64,000 bases of DNA from Stellaceae bacterium (GTDB taxonomy: Bacteria > Pseudomonadota > Alphaproteobacteria > ATCC43930 > CGMCC-115725), in contig DATNIY010000050.1 in NCBI GenBank assembly GCA_035604195.1, positions 36-64,035 on the forward strand. Reading direction: 5' to 3'. Every line of letters begins with the position of its first letter. The first letter of the stretch is position 1. Both the position numbers and the translations under genes were made by a program. This document shows positions 12,963 to 23,945 of the stretch, in pieces. Below the pieces are notes generated by a model, which was not told the origin of the DNA, searched no databases, and worked only from the letters and a program-made list of their open reading frames with translations.

Positions 12963-14207
12963 CTAGCGGAACGGCGTCAGCCGCTCAACGAGTGAGGCGA
13001 GCGGGACTTCCTTCTGCTCGCCGCTGTCGAGATCGCGGATCGCGGCGGCCTCGCGCGCCAGCTCGTTGTCGCCGAGGATCACCGCGGCGCGAGCGTTGAT
13101 CCGGTTCGCCCGATGCATGCGCCGCGACAGATTGCCGGAATAGCCGAGATCGACCGAAAAGCCGGCCTGGCGGAGCTGCTGCGCCAGGCCAAGGGCCGCT
13201 CCCTCGGCGGCGCTGCCGAGCGGCACCAGGGCAATGGGCCGCGGCGGCGGCGGCGGCTCGGCGACGAGGAGCGCCAGGCGCTCGATGCCGGCGGCCCAGC
13301 CGACGCCGGGCGTCTCGGGTCCGCCCATGACGCCCATCAGCCCGTCATAGCGGCCGCCGCCGAGCACCGTGCCTTGGGCGCCGAGCGCGTCGGTCACGAA
13401 CTCGAAGGCGGTGTGGCAGTAATAGTCGAGGCCGCGGACGAGCCGCGGATTGAGCTCATAGGCGATGCCGAGGCGCTCGAGCCCATCTCGCACCGAGGCG
13501 AAGAAGGCGCGCGATTCGGGCGTGAGAAACTCCGCGAAGGACGGCGCGCCGGCGTTGATCTCCTTGTCGGCAGGGTCCTTCGAATCGAGAATCCGCAGAG
13601 GATTGCGCTCGAGCCGGTGCCGGCTGTCCGCGGAGAGCCGGTCGGCATGGACCGCATAGTAGGCGACGAGCGCCTCGCGGTAGGCGAGCCGGCTCGCCGT
13701 ATCGCCCAGGGTGTTGAGTTCGAGCACGGTGCGGCCGAGCACGCCCAGGGCTTCGAGAATGGCCGCGCCGAGCGCAATCACCTCGACATCGCCCACGGGC
13801 TGCGCCACGCCCAGTAGCTCGATGTCGATCTGATGGAATTGGCGGAAGCGGCCCTTTTGCGGCCGCTCGTAGCGGAACATCGGGCCCGCGGCGAAAAGCT
13901 TCAGCGGCAGACTCTGCGCGAGCCCGTTCGAGAGCACCGCGCGGACGATGCCGGCGGTGTATTCCGGCCGCAGCGTGACCGCGTCGCCGCCGCGGTCGGT
14001 GAAGCTGTACATCTCCTTGGTGACGATGTCGCTGGTCTCGCCGATCGGCCGGGCGAACACTTCGGTGAACTCGAAGATCGGCGTGGCGATCTCGTGATAG
14101 CCGTAACGCTCGGCGATCGCGCGCGCCGTTTCGATCACGAAACGGTGGCGACGCAGCTCGGCCGGCAGGAGATCCTGGGTGCCGCGGACCGGCTGCAGCG
14201 CCGCCAT
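12963..14207 (-). CDS. hisS: Histidine--tRNA ligase
   Basis: 414 aa. The sequence MAALQPVRGTQDLLP...FRYERPQKGRFRQFHQ...GGGRYDGL carries the class II HisRS motifs. Confidence 0.95.
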   Translation of the reverse strand: MAALQPVRGTQDLLPAELRRHRFVIETARAIAERYGYHEIATPIFEFTEVFARPIGETSDIVTKEMYSFTDRGGDAVTLRPEYTAGIVRAVLSNGLAQSLPLKLFAAGPMFRYERPQKGRFRQFHQIDIELLGVAQPVGDVEVIALGAAILEALGVLGRTVLELNTLGDTASRLAYREALVAYYAVHADRLSADSRHRLERNPLRILDSKDPADKEINAGAPSFAEFLTPESRAFFASVRDGLERLGIAYELNPRLVRGLDYYCHTAFEFVTDALGAQGTVLGGGRYDGLMGVMGGPETPGVGWAAGIERLALLVAEPPPPPRPIALVPLGSAAEGAALGLAQQLRQAGFSVDLGYSGNLSRRMHRANRINARAAVILGDNELAREAAAIRDLDSGEQKEVPLASLVERLTPFR

Positions 14208-14231
14208 CGTGAGCGCCGAAACCCGCTTGCC

Positions 14232-15371
14232 TTACGACGCGGCGGCAGCGGACAGACGCTCGCGCTCGGCGCGCTCGATCTCCGCCGCCTTCTTCTCCAC
14301 CAGCTCGACCAAATGATCGACGATGCTCTGGTCTTTCAAGCGGTGCGCCGGCACGCCGGCGAGATAGACCTGATGCGTGCCATTGCCGCCGCCGGTGAAG
14401 CCGATATCGGTCTCGCGCGCCTCGCCTGGCCCGTTGACGACGCAACCGATGACGGACAGCGTCATCGGCGTCGTGATGTGGGCGAGGCGCTGTTCGAGCT
14501 CCGCCACCGTCTTGATCACTTGGAACTGCTGGCGCGCGCAGGACGGGCAGGAGATGACGGTGACGCCGCGCCGCCGGAGGCCCAGCGACTTCAGGATGTC
14601 GAAGCCGACCTTGATCTCCTCGACCGGATCGGCGGAGAGCGAGACGCGGATCGTGTCACCGATCCCGGCCCACAGCAGCGAGCCCATGCCGATCGAAGAT
14701 TTGATCGTGCCGCTCATCAATCCGCCTGCCTCGGTGATGCCGAGATGAAGCGGATAATCGCAGGCCTCGGCGAGCTGCTGATAGGCCGCGACGGCGAGGA
14801 ACACGTCTGATGCCTTGCACGAGATCTTGAACTCGAAGAAGTCATTGTCCTCGAGAATCTTGGCGTGGTTGAGCGCGCTCTCGACCATGGCCTCGGGACA
14901 GGGCTCGCCGTAGCGCTCCAGAAGATCGCGCTCGAGCGAGCCGGCGTTGACACCGATCCGCATCGAGCAGCCGTGATCCTTGGCTGCCTTCACCACCTCC
15001 TTGACGCGCTCGGCGGAGCCAATATTGCCGGGATTGATGCGCAGGCAGGCGGCCCCGCTCTGTGCCGCCTCGATGGCGCGCTTGTAGTGAAAATGAATGT
15101 CGGCGACGATCGGCACCTTGACCTGGCGCACGATCTCCTTGAGCGCGAGCGATGATTCCCGATCGGGGCAGGACACGCGCACGATGTCGGCGCCGGCCAG
15201 CTCCAGCGCCTGGATCTGCTCGACCGTCGCCTTCACGTCATGCGTCAGCGTGTTCGTCATGGACTGCACGGTAATGGGCGCGTCGCCGCCGACCGGGACC
15301 GGCCCGACATGGACCTGCCGGCACTTGCGCCGCTGGATATCGCGATAGGGTCGCACGCTCATCGCTTTCAC
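14232..15371 (-). CDS. ispG: 4-hydroxy-3-methylbut-2-en-1-yl diphosphate synthase (flavodoxin)
   Basis: 379 aa. It contains [15 protein letters not shown]... and a C-terminal Fe-S cysteine pattern (ISCPSCAR...GCVVNGPGE). Confidence 0.95.
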   Translation of the reverse strand: MKAMSVRPYRDIQRRKCRQVHVGPVPVGGDAPITVQSMTNTLTHDVKATVEQIQALELAGADIVRVSCPDRESSLALKEIVRQVKVPIVADIHFHYKRAIEAAQSGAACLRINPGNIGSAERVKEVVKAAKDHGCSMRIGVNAGSLERDLLERYGEPCPEAMVESALNHAKILEDNDFFEFKISCKASDVFLAVAAYQQLAEACDYPLHLGITEAGGLMSGTIKSSIGMGSLLWAGIGDTIRVSLSADPVEEIKVGFDILKSLGLRRRGVTVISCPSCARQQFQVIKTVAELEQRLAHITTPMTLSVIGCVVNGPGEARETDIGFTGGGNGTHQVYLAGVPAHRLKDQSIVDHLVELVEKKAAEIERAERERLSAAAAS

Positions 15372-15551
15372 CCTGGCTTACCCCATGCTAACGACGGGCG
15401 TTATAGCGCGTTTCCGCCGCCGGCAAAAGTTCCGCCCGATGGGCAGAGCGCGCCCGCGCCGCATTTTCGTCTTTGCGGTTGGCGGCGGCTGGGTTTGAAC
15501 CTAGTGTAGGGCAAGCGCGGAGAATGAAACGAAGAACCGTGGGGAGGCGAC

Positions 15552-16832
15552 ATGACGCAAGAAAATTGGCATGTCCGGAACGGACTTGGCGCCATCGCGG
15601 CGATTCTGTGCGCGGCGCTCGCAACCCTGACGGCAGTGCCCGAACCGAGCGCCGCGGCCGAGCCGATCAAAATCGGCATCGACCTCGGCGTGACTGGGGC
15701 CAATGGGCCGACGAGCGGACAAATCCTGCTCTCGCTGCAGATCTGGCGCGAGGATGTCAATGCCAAGGGCGGGCTTTTGGGCCGGCCGGTCGAGGTCGTT
15801 TACTACGACGACCAGACCAACCCCGCCAACGTGCCGGGCAACATCACCAAGCTCATCGACGTCGACAAGGTCGAGCTGATGCTCGGCCCCTACGGCACCA
15901 ATCTGATCGCGGCGGCGATCCCGATCATCATGCAGCACGGCATGACCACGGTCGGCATATTGGGCCTTGCCGCCAACAGCGCTTATCACTATCCGCGCTA
16001 CTTCTCGATGATCCCGACCGGGCCCAATCCGAAAATCGCCTTCTCCGAGGACTTCTTCAAGCTCGCCATGGCGCAGAACCCGAAGCCCAAGACCGTGGCG
16101 ATCGTCGGCGCCGATGCCGAGTTCGGCAAGACCGCGACCGACGGCGCGCGCGAGAATGCCAAGGCGGCCGGCCTCACCATCGTCTATGACCAGCGCTATC
16201 CGCCGAGCACGGTGGATTTCTCGCCGATCGTGCGGGCGATCCAGGCGACCAATCCCGACATCGTCTTCATCGCCTCCTATCCGACCGACTCGGTGAACAT
16301 GATCCGCGCCGTCAATGAGGTCGGGCTCGAGCCCAAGATGATCGGCGGCGCGCTGATCGGGCTGCTCGTCAACAATCTGAAGATGCAGCTCGGGCCCGCG
16401 ATCGACGGCTTCGTTCAGAACGAGGTCTTCATCCCCGGCCCGACCTTCAATTTTCCCGGCGTGCAGGAGCTGCTGAAGAAATATCAGGCGCAGGCGCCGG
16501 CGCTCCACATCGATCCCTTGGGCTACAGCTTCGCGCCCTTGGCCTATGCCGCGGCCCAGGTCATGGCCAATGCGGTCGAGGCAACCAAGGGGCTCGATCA
16601 ATCGAAGCTCGCCGACTACATCCGCGGGCACAGCTTCGACACGGTGATGGGCCACGTCACCTTCGGCCCGGATGGCGAATGGGCAAAGCCGCGCCTCGTG
16701 TTCTTCCAGTTTCAGAACTTGGCGGTCCACGACCTCGACCAGTTCCGCGACACGACCCACCAGGTGATCCTGGCGCCGCCGGAATATAAGACCGGGACGA
16801 TGATCTATCCCTTCGCCGACGCGCGGAAATAG
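15552..16832 (+). CDS. ABC transporter substrate-binding protein, LivK/branched-chain-amino-acid-binding family (orphan)
   Basis: 426 aa with a signal peptide ([23 protein letters not shown]). The sequence then runs [14 protein letters not shown]...YDDQTNP, typical of the type I periplasmic binding fold. No permease or ATPase gene is adjacent. Confidence 0.8.
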   Translation: MTQENWHVRNGLGAIAAILCAALATLTAVPEPSAAAEPIKIGIDLGVTGANGPTSGQILLSLQIWREDVNAKGGLLGRPVEVVYYDDQTNPANVPGNITKLIDVDKVELMLGPYGTNLIAAAIPIIMQHGMTTVGILGLAANSAYHYPRYFSMIPTGPNPKIAFSEDFFKLAMAQNPKPKTVAIVGADAEFGKTATDGARENAKAAGLTIVYDQRYPPSTVDFSPIVRAIQATNPDIVFIASYPTDSVNMIRAVNEVGLEPKMIGGALIGLLVNNLKMQLGPAIDGFVQNEVFIPGPTFNFPGVQELLKKYQAQAPALHIDPLGYSFAPLAYAAAQVMANAVEATKGLDQSKLADYIRGHSFDTVMGHVTFGPDGEWAKPRLVFFQFQNLAVHDLDQFRDTTHQVILAPPEYKTGTMIYPFADARK

Positions 16833-16854
16833 AACGCTATCCGGGAGGCGGGCG

Positions 16855-17835
16855 ATGGCGGAGACGGCACCGACGGTTGCGCGCGCGTCATATCGGATCG
16901 ACGTGCACCATCATTTCTATCCGCCGGAATACCAGAAGGCCTGGCTCGACTGGGAGGATCAGCGCAAGCTGCCGCATTATCCGAGCCAGGTCGCGTGGAC
17001 ACAGGCAAAGTCGCTCGAGGAGATGGACAAGGCGGGGATCAAGACCGCCATCCTCTCGGTGCCTTCGACGCCGGGCCAGTGGTTCGATGGCGGGCCGGCG
17101 CTGGCGATGCGCATGGCGCGGATCTGCAACGACTACGCGGCGGGAATGGTGCGTGACCACAAGGGACGCTTCGGGCTCTTCGCGACGCTGCCCATGCTCG
17201 ACATCGATGCCTCGCTAAAGGGGATCGAATACGCGCTCGACACCTTGAAGGCGGACGGCATCGGGTTGCAAACAAATTACGGCGACACCTGGCCGGGCGA
17301 CCCGCTCTACAAGCCGGTGTTCGAGGAGCTGAACCGACGCAAGGCGATCGTCTATTTCCATCCGCTGGTGGCGAATTGCTGCGCCAATCTCAGCGTCGGC
17401 GCCTTCCCCGCGGTGATCGAGGTGCCACACGACACGACCCGCGCCGTCGTGAGCTTGCTGCTCAGCCGCAGCCTGGCGCGCTATCGCGACATAAGCTGGC
17501 TCTTCTCGCATGCCGGCGGCACCGTGCCGATGCTGGCCGGCCGCATCAACAGCTTCTTCCAGTTCCGCAAGGACATCGCCGAGATCGCGCCGGCGGGTAT
17601 TGAGGGCGAATTGACGCGACTGCATTACGACACCGCCAACGCGGCTTATGCGCCTGCCATGGCGGCCTTGCTCAAGCTCGTGCCGGCGACGCAGGTCATG
17701 TTCGGCACCGACTACCCCTATTTCCAACCGACGCCGCAAGCCGACGCGCTACGCCGGCTCGGCCTCGGTGAAGCCGAGCTTCTGGCGATCGACCACGGCA
17801 ACGCCGAGCGCCTCATTCCGCGGCTGAAGGCGTAG
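16855..17835 (+). CDS. Amidohydrolase_2 (PF04909-type) metal-dependent hydrolase/decarboxylase
   Basis: 326 aa. It has the N-terminal IDVHHHF metal motif plus later His/Asp residues (FSHAGG, GTDYPY), as in the ACMSD / gamma-resorcylate decarboxylase family. The substrate is unknown. Confidence 0.75.
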   Translation: MAETAPTVARASYRIDVHHHFYPPEYQKAWLDWEDQRKLPHYPSQVAWTQAKSLEEMDKAGIKTAILSVPSTPGQWFDGGPALAMRMARICNDYAAGMVRDHKGRFGLFATLPMLDIDASLKGIEYALDTLKADGIGLQTNYGDTWPGDPLYKPVFEELNRRKAIVYFHPLVANCCANLSVGAFPAVIEVPHDTTRAVVSLLLSRSLARYRDISWLFSHAGGTVPMLAGRINSFFQFRKDIAEIAPAGIEGELTRLHYDTANAAYAPAMAALLKLVPATQVMFGTDYPYFQPTPQADALRRLGLGEAELLAIDHGNAERLIPRLKA

Positions 17836-17840
17836 GCGCG

Positions 17841-19103
17841 TTACTCGGCGGTGGCGGTGCCGGCGAGGAGCCGGTCGGGATCGAGCAGAACGTGCCGCAC
17901 CGTGCCGCCGATGGCGCGGACAGGCTTGCCGTCGACAAGGATCTCGAGGGCCGAGGCATTGCCGGTGCGCATGACCAGGCCCGGCTCCTCCGGCACCCGA
18001 TAAGTGTCGTCCTTGTGCAGCGTGCGCTGGGCCACCAGCGCGTCGTTGGGGTCGCGCACTTGCAGCCAGCAATCGCCGATGGCGCGAACGATGATCCGCG
18101 TCGGGCCATTGACCGCGCCAAAGACCCGCGGCTGCGTCGCGGCGGCGGGGGCAGGCGGGACGGCCATGGCCGTAGCGGCGCCGACGGCGGCGGCGGGGGC
18201 AGGCGGCACGGCTATGGCCGTGGCCGTAGCCGTAGCGGGGCCCGCGGCGGCGGCCGGAGGCGGCTTCTCGACGGTGGAAGTGGCCGGCGGCGCGGGCGGC
18301 GGGGCCGGCGCGTTGGGTAGGCTGGCCACGATTGCGGCGGTCGGGGGCGGCGGCAAGGCAACTGCTGTAACGGCGGGTTCGGACGCCGGCGGCTTGGGGG
18401 CTGCTGCTGCCGGCACGGGCGTTGCAGGCGGAACCGGCGCCGGCCCTGCCGGCGGCGCAGTATCGGCCGTCGAGCTTTGCGCCGGCGGGGTTGCGGCCGG
18501 CGTTTCCATTGCCGCCGGAGCCGACGGCGATGGAGCAGCGGCCGCCGTCGGCGGTGGCGCGGCAGGGCCTGGTGCCCGCACCGGCGGCGGCGGGAGGAGC
18601 TGGGCTGGAACCGCGCTCACCTGCTCGGGACGCGACCGGTCGCCGGTAGAGAGGTAGTACCAGAGCCCGTAGCCGCAGACCGCGAGAACCAATGCTGCAA
18701 GCAGCATCCGCCCCCCGGGGATGCTGCGCTTGGTGAGCGGCAGCGGAAAGGACAGGTCGGGCGGGCGCTCGAGACCCGCGGATTCCTGCTTGAACCGCCG
18801 TACCGCCTCGTCGCCGTCGAGCCCGAGATGGACGGCATAGGCCCGCACGAAGCCGAGCGCATAGACCAGGCCCGGCAGCTCGTCGTAGCGGCCTTCTTCG
18901 ATCGCCGACAGGTAGGAGCGGCGGATGCGCAGCGACGCGGCGGTGGTCTCGATATTGGCGCCATAGGACAGGCGCGTCTGGCGCAGCAGCTCGCCGACCG
19001 AGTCGCGGCGCCGCCGGGCCTGCGCCTGCTCCGGCGCAATCGCCGCCACAACGGGGGCATCGCCCTCGCCACGCGGGTTGGGAGTTCGCGCCGGACTGGT
19101 CAT
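17841..19103 (-). CDS. RodZ-like cytoskeleton protein (HTH + TM + Pro/Ala-rich linker + DUF4115)
   Basis: It has an XRE-type HTH (VGELLRQTRLSYGANIETTAASLRIRRSYLSAIEEG...GFVRAYAVHLGLD) and one TM segment. A linker of roughly 190 aa rich in Pro and Ala follows, then a C-terminal beta domain (RIIVRAIGDCWLQVRD...LEILVDGKPV). The start is either ATG 19103 or TTG 19136. Confidence 0.75.
   Translation of the reverse strand: MTSPARTPNPRGEGDAPVVAAIAPEQAQARRRRDSVGELLRQTRLSYGANIETTAASLRIRRSYLSAIEEGRYDELPGLVYALGFVRAYAVHLGLDGDEAVRRFKQESAGLERPPDLSFPLPLTKRSIPGGRMLLAALVLAVCGYGLWYYLSTGDRSRPEQVSAVPAQLLPPPPVRAPGPAAPPPTAAAAPSPSAPAAMETPAATPPAQSSTADTAPPAGPAPVPPATPVPAAAAPKPPASEPAVTAVALPPPPTAAIVASLPNAPAPPPAPPATSTVEKPPPAAAAGPATATATAIAVPPAPAAAVGAATAMAVPPAPAAATQPRVFGAVNGPTRIIVRAIGDCWLQVRDPNDALVAQRTLHKDDTYRVPEEPGLVMRTGNASALEILVDGKPVRAIGGTVRHVLLDPDRLLAGTATAE
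18141..18236. repeat. In-frame 48-bp tandem duplication inside the rodZ-like linker
   Basis: GGCGGCGGGGGCAGGCGG(G/C)ACGGC(C/T)ATGGCCGT(A/G)GC starts at 18141 and again at 18189. It encodes two copies of ...A(I/M)AVPPAPAAA.... Confidence 0.8.
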
Positions 19104-19162
19104 CGCATCGCCGGCCCTTTTACCAAATCGCTGCAAGACAGCGCAACAATTGCCGATGAAAG

Positions 19163-21433
19163 CTAGACGACGACGCCGTGATCGGCGGCGAAATCCCTGA
19201 GCTTGCCGCGCAGGCTGTGCACCGCGAGATCGGTGCAGGAGGCGAGGAACTCCTCGACCGCGCCCAGTTCCAAGCTACGAATCGTCGCCTTGACCGGACC
19301 AATCGAGGCGGGCGCCATCGACAGGGTGCGGAAGCCGACGCCGAGGAGCGTCATGGCATCGAGCGGCTGCCCCGCCATCTCGCCGCACAACGCCACCGGC
19401 ACATGATGCCGGTCGCAGGCCGCGACCAGCTCCTTGAGCATGCGCAGAGCCGGCTGCGACAGGGGATCGTAGCGGTCGGCGAGCCGGGGGTTGCTGCGGT
19501 CGGAGGCGAAGAAGAACTGGATCAGATCGTTGGTGCCGACCGAGACGAAATCGACGCAGACGAGCAGCGCGTCGAGCTGCCACAGCAGCGAGGGCACTTC
19601 GAGCATGACGCCGACCTCGACCGCGGCCGGCGGCGGCAGATTGCTGCGGCGCCAGGCGCGCTCCTGCTCGAGCTCGAGAATTGTGCGTGCCGCCGCGAGC
19701 TCCGCCACCTCCGCGACCATCGGGAACATCACCTTGAGCCGCCTTCCCGAGGCGGCGGCCAAGAGGGCGCGGAGCTGCTGGCGGAGCATCGCCGGGCGGT
19801 CGAGCCCGATGCGCAGCGCGCGCCAGCCCATCGCCGGATTCTCGTCGGCGATATCGGGCATGTAGGGCAGAAGCTTGTCGCCGCCGATATCGAGCGTGCG
19901 GAAGGTCACGGGCCGGTCGCCGGCGTGATCGAGGACGCGGCGGTAGAGCGCCGTCTGCTGCTCGACCGTCGGGAAGCTGCTGCTCAGCATGAATTGCAGC
20001 TCGGTGCGGAACAGGCCGACCCCCTCGGCGCCGGTCTCGTCGAGATAGGGCAAGTCGAGCAGCAGCCCGGCATTGAGCTGGAGCGAGACGCGCACGCCGT
20101 CGCGCGTCTCCGCCGGCAGCTCCTTGAACTCGGCATAGCGTTGGCGCAGGCCGCGGCGCACACCGAGCCGCGCCTCGACCGCCTGCTGGATGTCCTCGCC
20201 CGGCCGCAGCATCACCACCGCGTCGTCGGCATCGACGACGACGAGATCGCCGGTCTCGACTTGGCTCAACACCTCCTTGACCCGCCCGATCACGGGGATG
20301 TCGAGCGCCCGCGCCACGATCGCGACATGCGACGTCGGCGAGCCCTCCTCGAGCACCAGGCCCTTGAGGCGCCGGCGGTCATAGTCGAGCAGCTCGGCCG
20401 GTCCCATGCTGCGGGCGACGAGGATGAATTCCTCGGGCAGCTCGGCTTCCGCGGCCGTAATGCGATGGCCCGCGAGATGCTGTTGCAGCCGGTTGGTCAG
20501 GTCCTCGAGATCGGCGAGGCGCTCGCGCAAATAGGGGTCGCTCGCTTGCATCATGCGGGCGCGGTTGTCGTCCTGGACCTTCTGCACGGCGGCCTCGGCG
20601 GTGAGGCCGCTGCGCACCGCCTCGACGATGCGCTGGAGCCAGCCGCGGTCGCGCGCGAACATGCGATAGGTCTCGAGCACGTCGCGGTGCTCGCCGCCCG
20701 CCGGCACGTCGTCCGCCGCCAGCATGTCGTCGATGGCGCTCTGCATCGCCGCGACGGCGTGCCTCAGCCGCTCGACCTCGTCCGCGGGATTTTCCGCCAC
20801 GATTTTGCGGATGACGATGCGCGGCGCGTGCAAGACCGCGGCACCGATGGCAAGGCCGGAATTGATGCGCACGCCGTCCAAGCGCATCGGCTGCATGCCG
20901 ATGCCGGTCGTCGGCTGCAGCTCGAGCGGGCTGACCAGCTCGCCGCTCGCCGCCAGCTCGGCCAGCACCATGGCGATGGTTTGCATCGCCTCGACCTCGT
21001 CATCGGTGTATTGGCGCAAGGTGCGGTTCTGCACGACGAGCACGCCGAGGACGCGGCCGGCGCGCAGGATCGGCACGCCCAGGAGCGAGTGATAGATCTC
21101 TTCGCCGGTCTCGGGCCGATAGGCGAAATCCGGATGCGACTGGGCATCGGCCAGCGCCAGGGGACGCGCAGTGGCGGCGATGACGCCGACCAGGCCTTCG
21201 CCGATGCGCAGCCTTGTGTGATGCACCGCCTCGGGCCGCAGCCCTTCGGTGGCGAAGAGTTCGAGCACCTCGCCCGCGCGCAGGATATAGCAGGAGCAGA
21301 CCTCAGCCACCATCTCCGCGGCGATGAGGCGGACGACGGCGTTCAACCGCTCCTGCGCCGTGCCGGAGTGCGCCATCTCGTCGCGGAGCCGGCGCAGCAC
21401 GCGGCGGTAGCCGGAGATCGGCTCCGCCATCAC
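19163..21433 (-). CDS. ptsP: Phosphoenolpyruvate-protein phosphotransferase PtsP (EI-Ntr, GAF domain + EI)
   Basis: 756 aa. It has an N-terminal GAF region, a PEP-utilizer phosphohistidine region (LEEGSPTSHVAIVARALDIP) and a C-terminal PEP-binding TIM barrel (FVSVGTNDLIQF). Confidence 0.9.
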   Translation of the reverse strand: MMAEPISGYRRVLRRLRDEMAHSGTAQERLNAVVRLIAAEMVAEVCSCYILRAGEVLELFATEGLRPEAVHHTRLRIGEGLVGVIAATARPLALADAQSHPDFAYRPETGEEIYHSLLGVPILRAGRVLGVLVVQNRTLRQYTDDEVEAMQTIAMVLAELAASGELVSPLELQPTTGIGMQPMRLDGVRINSGLAIGAAVLHAPRIVIRKIVAENPADEVERLRHAVAAMQSAIDDMLAADDVPAGGEHRDVLETYRMFARDRGWLQRIVEAVRSGLTAEAAVQKVQDDNRARMMQASDPYLRERLADLEDLTNRLQQHLAGHRITAAEAELPEEFILVARSMGPAELLDYDRRRLKGLVLEEGSPTSHVAIVARALDIPVIGRVKEVLSQVETGDLVVVDADDAVVMLRPGEDIQQAVEARLGVRRGLRQRYAEFKELPAETRDGVRVSLQLNAGLLLDLPYLDETGAEGVGLFRTELQFMLSSSFPTVEQQTALYRRVLDHAGDRPVTFRTLDIGGDKLLPYMPDIADENPAMGWRALRIGLDRPAMLRQQLRALLAAASGRRLKVMFPMVAEVAELAAARTILELEQERAWRRSNLPPPAAVEVGVMLEVPSLLWQLDALLVCVDFVSVGTNDLIQFFFASDRSNPRLADRYDPLSQPALRMLKELVAACDRHHVPVALCGEMAGQPLDAMTLLGVGFRTLSMAPASIGPVKATIRSLELGAVEEFLASCTDLAVHSLRGKLRDFAADHGVVV

Positions 21434-22575
21434 GCCCTCGATGCGGCGGGAGCACCGGCGAGCGGCGCCATCGCAGATGCCGGCTCGCCGCTCGTTACGG
21501 CCTCGCGCCGCGCCAGCGCGAAGGCCGCCTCTGCCACCAGTTCGTCGATGATCTCCTTGGTCGACTGCAGACAGGTCACCATGCCGACGCTCTGGCCCGC
21601 CATCAGCGAGCCGCGCTCGACATCGCCCTCGATGACCGCGCGGCGCAGCGCCCCGGCCCAGTAGTGCTCGATCTCCAGCTGCGCGTTCTCGCGCGAGACC
21701 TCGCCGCGGCCGAAGCGCGCGATGACCTCGCGCTGGAGCTCGAGGAAGTCCCGGGTCGCCTCGTTGGCAAGCGCACGGACCGGAATCACCGGGAAGCGCG
21801 GATCGAGCTGCAACGAGGGCACGGCGTCGCGCGCCCCGGCGCGGATGAAAGCCTGCTTGAAGCGCGGATGCGCGATCGATTCATGGGCGCAGACGAAGCG
21901 CGTGCCGAGCTGCGCGCCCGCGGCGCCCATCTCGAGATTTGCGACGATCGCTTCGCCGCGGCCGATGCCGCCGGCGACGAAAACCGGCACTTCCGTCACA
22001 TGCGGCAGAATCTCCTGCGCGAGCACGCCGGTCGAGACCGGCCCGATATGGCCACCCGCCTCCATGCCCTCGATGACGATGGCGTCGGCGCCCATCCGCA
22101 CCAATTTCTTGGCGATGGGCAGCGCCGGGGCGAAGCACAGGAGCTTGGCGCCGCTCGCCTTGATGCGCGCCACCGCTGCCGCGTTCGGCAGGCCGCCGGC
22201 CAAGACGACATGGCCGACCTTGCGCCGCGCGCAGACGGCGATGTGCTGGACAAGTTCGGGGTGGAGGGTAATGAGATTGACGCCGAAGGGACGATTGGTG
22301 CGCTCGAAGGTAGCGGCGATCTCGGCATCGAGCTGCGCCGGATTCATCGAGCCGCAGGCGATGACGCCGAAGCCGCCGGCGTTCGAGATGGCGGCGACGA
22401 GATTGCGCTCGGAGACCCAGGTCATCGCGCCGCCCATGATGGCGAAATCGGCGCCGAGAAAGGCCGTGCCGCGCCGCCACAGGCGGTCGAGCAGGCCGCG
22501 CGCGCGCGCCAGCGCTGCCGCGCCCGGCGGCGGCATCCCGCCTGTGCTTCGGCGCTGCGCCGCCGCGCTCATCAC
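21430..22575 (-). CDS. Nitronate monooxygenase / FabK-like FMN-dependent oxidoreductase (PF03060 type)
   Basis: Contains AISNAGGFGVIACGSM...AIVIEGMEAGGHIG...PVFVAGGIGRGE...GAAGAQLGTRF. The true start is probably an internal ATG (for example 22536), because the ORF abuts the lysC stop with no gap. Confidence 0.75.
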   Translation of the reverse strand: MMSAAAQRRSTGGMPPPGAAALARARGLLDRLWRRGTAFLGADFAIMGGAMTWVSERNLVAAISNAGGFGVIACGSMNPAQLDAEIAATFERTNRPFGVNLITLHPELVQHIAVCARRKVGHVVLAGGLPNAAAVARIKASGAKLLCFAPALPIAKKLVRMGADAIVIEGMEAGGHIGPVSTGVLAQEILPHVTEVPVFVAGGIGRGEAIVANLEMGAAGAQLGTRFVCAHESIAHPRFKQAFIRAGARDAVPSLQLDPRFPVIPVRALANEATRDFLELQREVIARFGRGEVSRENAQLEIEHYWAGALRRAVIEGDVERGSLMAGQSVGMVTCLQSTKEIIDELVAEAAFALARREAVTSGEPASAMAPLAGAPAASRA

Positions 22576-23796
22576 TCAACCGACGTCGAGACCGTAGGCG
22601 GTGTGCAGCGCCCTGAGCGCAAGCTCGGTATACTCCTCGGCGACCAGCACGCTCACCTTGATCTCCGAGGTCGAGATGACCTGGATGTTGATGCCCTTTT
22701 CCGCGAGCGTCTGAAACATCTTCTTGGCGATGCCGGCATGGCTGCGCATGCCGACGCCGATGACCGAGATCTTGACGACATTGGGATCCGGCCTCAATGC
22801 GTGGTAGCCGAGTTGGGCGCGGCGTTCCTCCAGGACCTTTACGGCACGATCAAGATCGGCCTTCGCCACGGTGAAGGTCAGATCGGTCGTGCGGCCGTCT
22901 TCGGAAATGTTCTGCACGATCATGTCGACGTTGATCGCATGATCGGCCAGCGGGCCGAAGATCGCCGCGGCGACGCCCGGTCGGTCCGCCACTTTGGACA
23001 GCGTGACCTTGGCCTCGTCGCGGCTGTAGGCAATACCGCTCACCACCTGCTTTTCCACGATCTCATCCTCGTCAACGACCAAGGTCCCGGGGGCATCGCT
23101 GAAGCTCGACAGCACCTGGACGCGCACCCGGTGGTTCATCGCCATCTCGACCGAGCGGGTTTGGAGCACCTTGGCGCCCTGGCTGGCGAATTCGAGCATC
23201 TCCTCATAGGTAATTCTATCGAGCTTGCGCGCCTTCGCAACGATGCGCGGATCGGTGGTGAAGACGCCCTCCACGTCGGTGAAGATATCGCAGCGTTCAG
23301 CGCCGAGCGCGGCCGCGAGCGCCACCGCCGAGGTGTCCGAGCCGCCGCGGCCGAGCGTGGTGACTCTGCCATCGGGTCCGATACCCTGGAACCCCGCGAC
23401 CACCGCAACCTCCCCCGCGCGCATCGCGCGCCTGAGCGCGCCGGTGGGGATCTCGGCGATGCGGGCCTTGCCGTGCACGTCGTCGGTGCGGATCGGCACT
23501 TGCCAGCCGAGCCAAGAGCGGGCGCTGATGCCGAGGTCATGCAGCGCGAGCGCCAAGAGGCCCACCGTCACTTGCTCCCCTGACGCCACGACGACATCAT
23601 ACTCGCGCGCATCGTGCAGGCGACAGACATCCTGGGTCCAGCGCACGAGCTGATCGGTCGCTCCCGCCATCGCCGAGACCACCACCGCCACCTCGTTGCC
23701 GGCCTTCACCTCGCGCGCGACGCGGCGCGCGACGTTCTTGATCCGCTCGATGTCGGCGACCGACGTGCCGCCGAATTTCTGCACGATACACGCCAT
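22576..23796 (-). CDS. lysC: Aspartate kinase
   Basis: 406 aa. It begins [19 protein letters not shown]...[14 protein letters not shown] and ends with tandem ACT domains. Confidence 0.95.
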   Translation of the reverse strand: MACIVQKFGGTSVADIERIKNVARRVAREVKAGNEVAVVVSAMAGATDQLVRWTQDVCRLHDAREYDVVVASGEQVTVGLLALALHDLGISARSWLGWQVPIRTDDVHGKARIAEIPTGALRRAMRAGEVAVVAGFQGIGPDGRVTTLGRGGSDTSAVALAAALGAERCDIFTDVEGVFTTDPRIVAKARKLDRITYEEMLEFASQGAKVLQTRSVEMAMNHRVRVQVLSSFSDAPGTLVVDEDEIVEKQVVSGIAYSRDEAKVTLSKVADRPGVAAAIFGPLADHAINVDMIVQNISEDGRTTDLTFTVAKADLDRAVKVLEERRAQLGYHALRPDPNVVKISVIGVGMRSHAGIAKKMFQTLAEKGINIQVISTSEIKVSVLVAEEYTELALRALHTAYGLDVG

Positions 23797-23945
23797 GGGC
23801 GTCGACCTGCGCCGTCCGGGATGGTGAGGTTAGGGCAGCCCTCGCCGGGCTCTGGGCATTGCCGTTGGCAGGGCGAGTATTCATACTCTCTCGGACGCGA
23901 TCGAGGCAAGCCGGGCAGGAACCAACGCATGCGCAGGGCGGAGCG

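Noticed and set aside
19178-23583. Long plus-strand ORFs (828 aa and 639 aa) opposite ptsP, the NMO-like gene and lysC
   Set aside because: The reasoning is the same: the minus-strand genes are well supported and the plus-strand translations are low-complexity.
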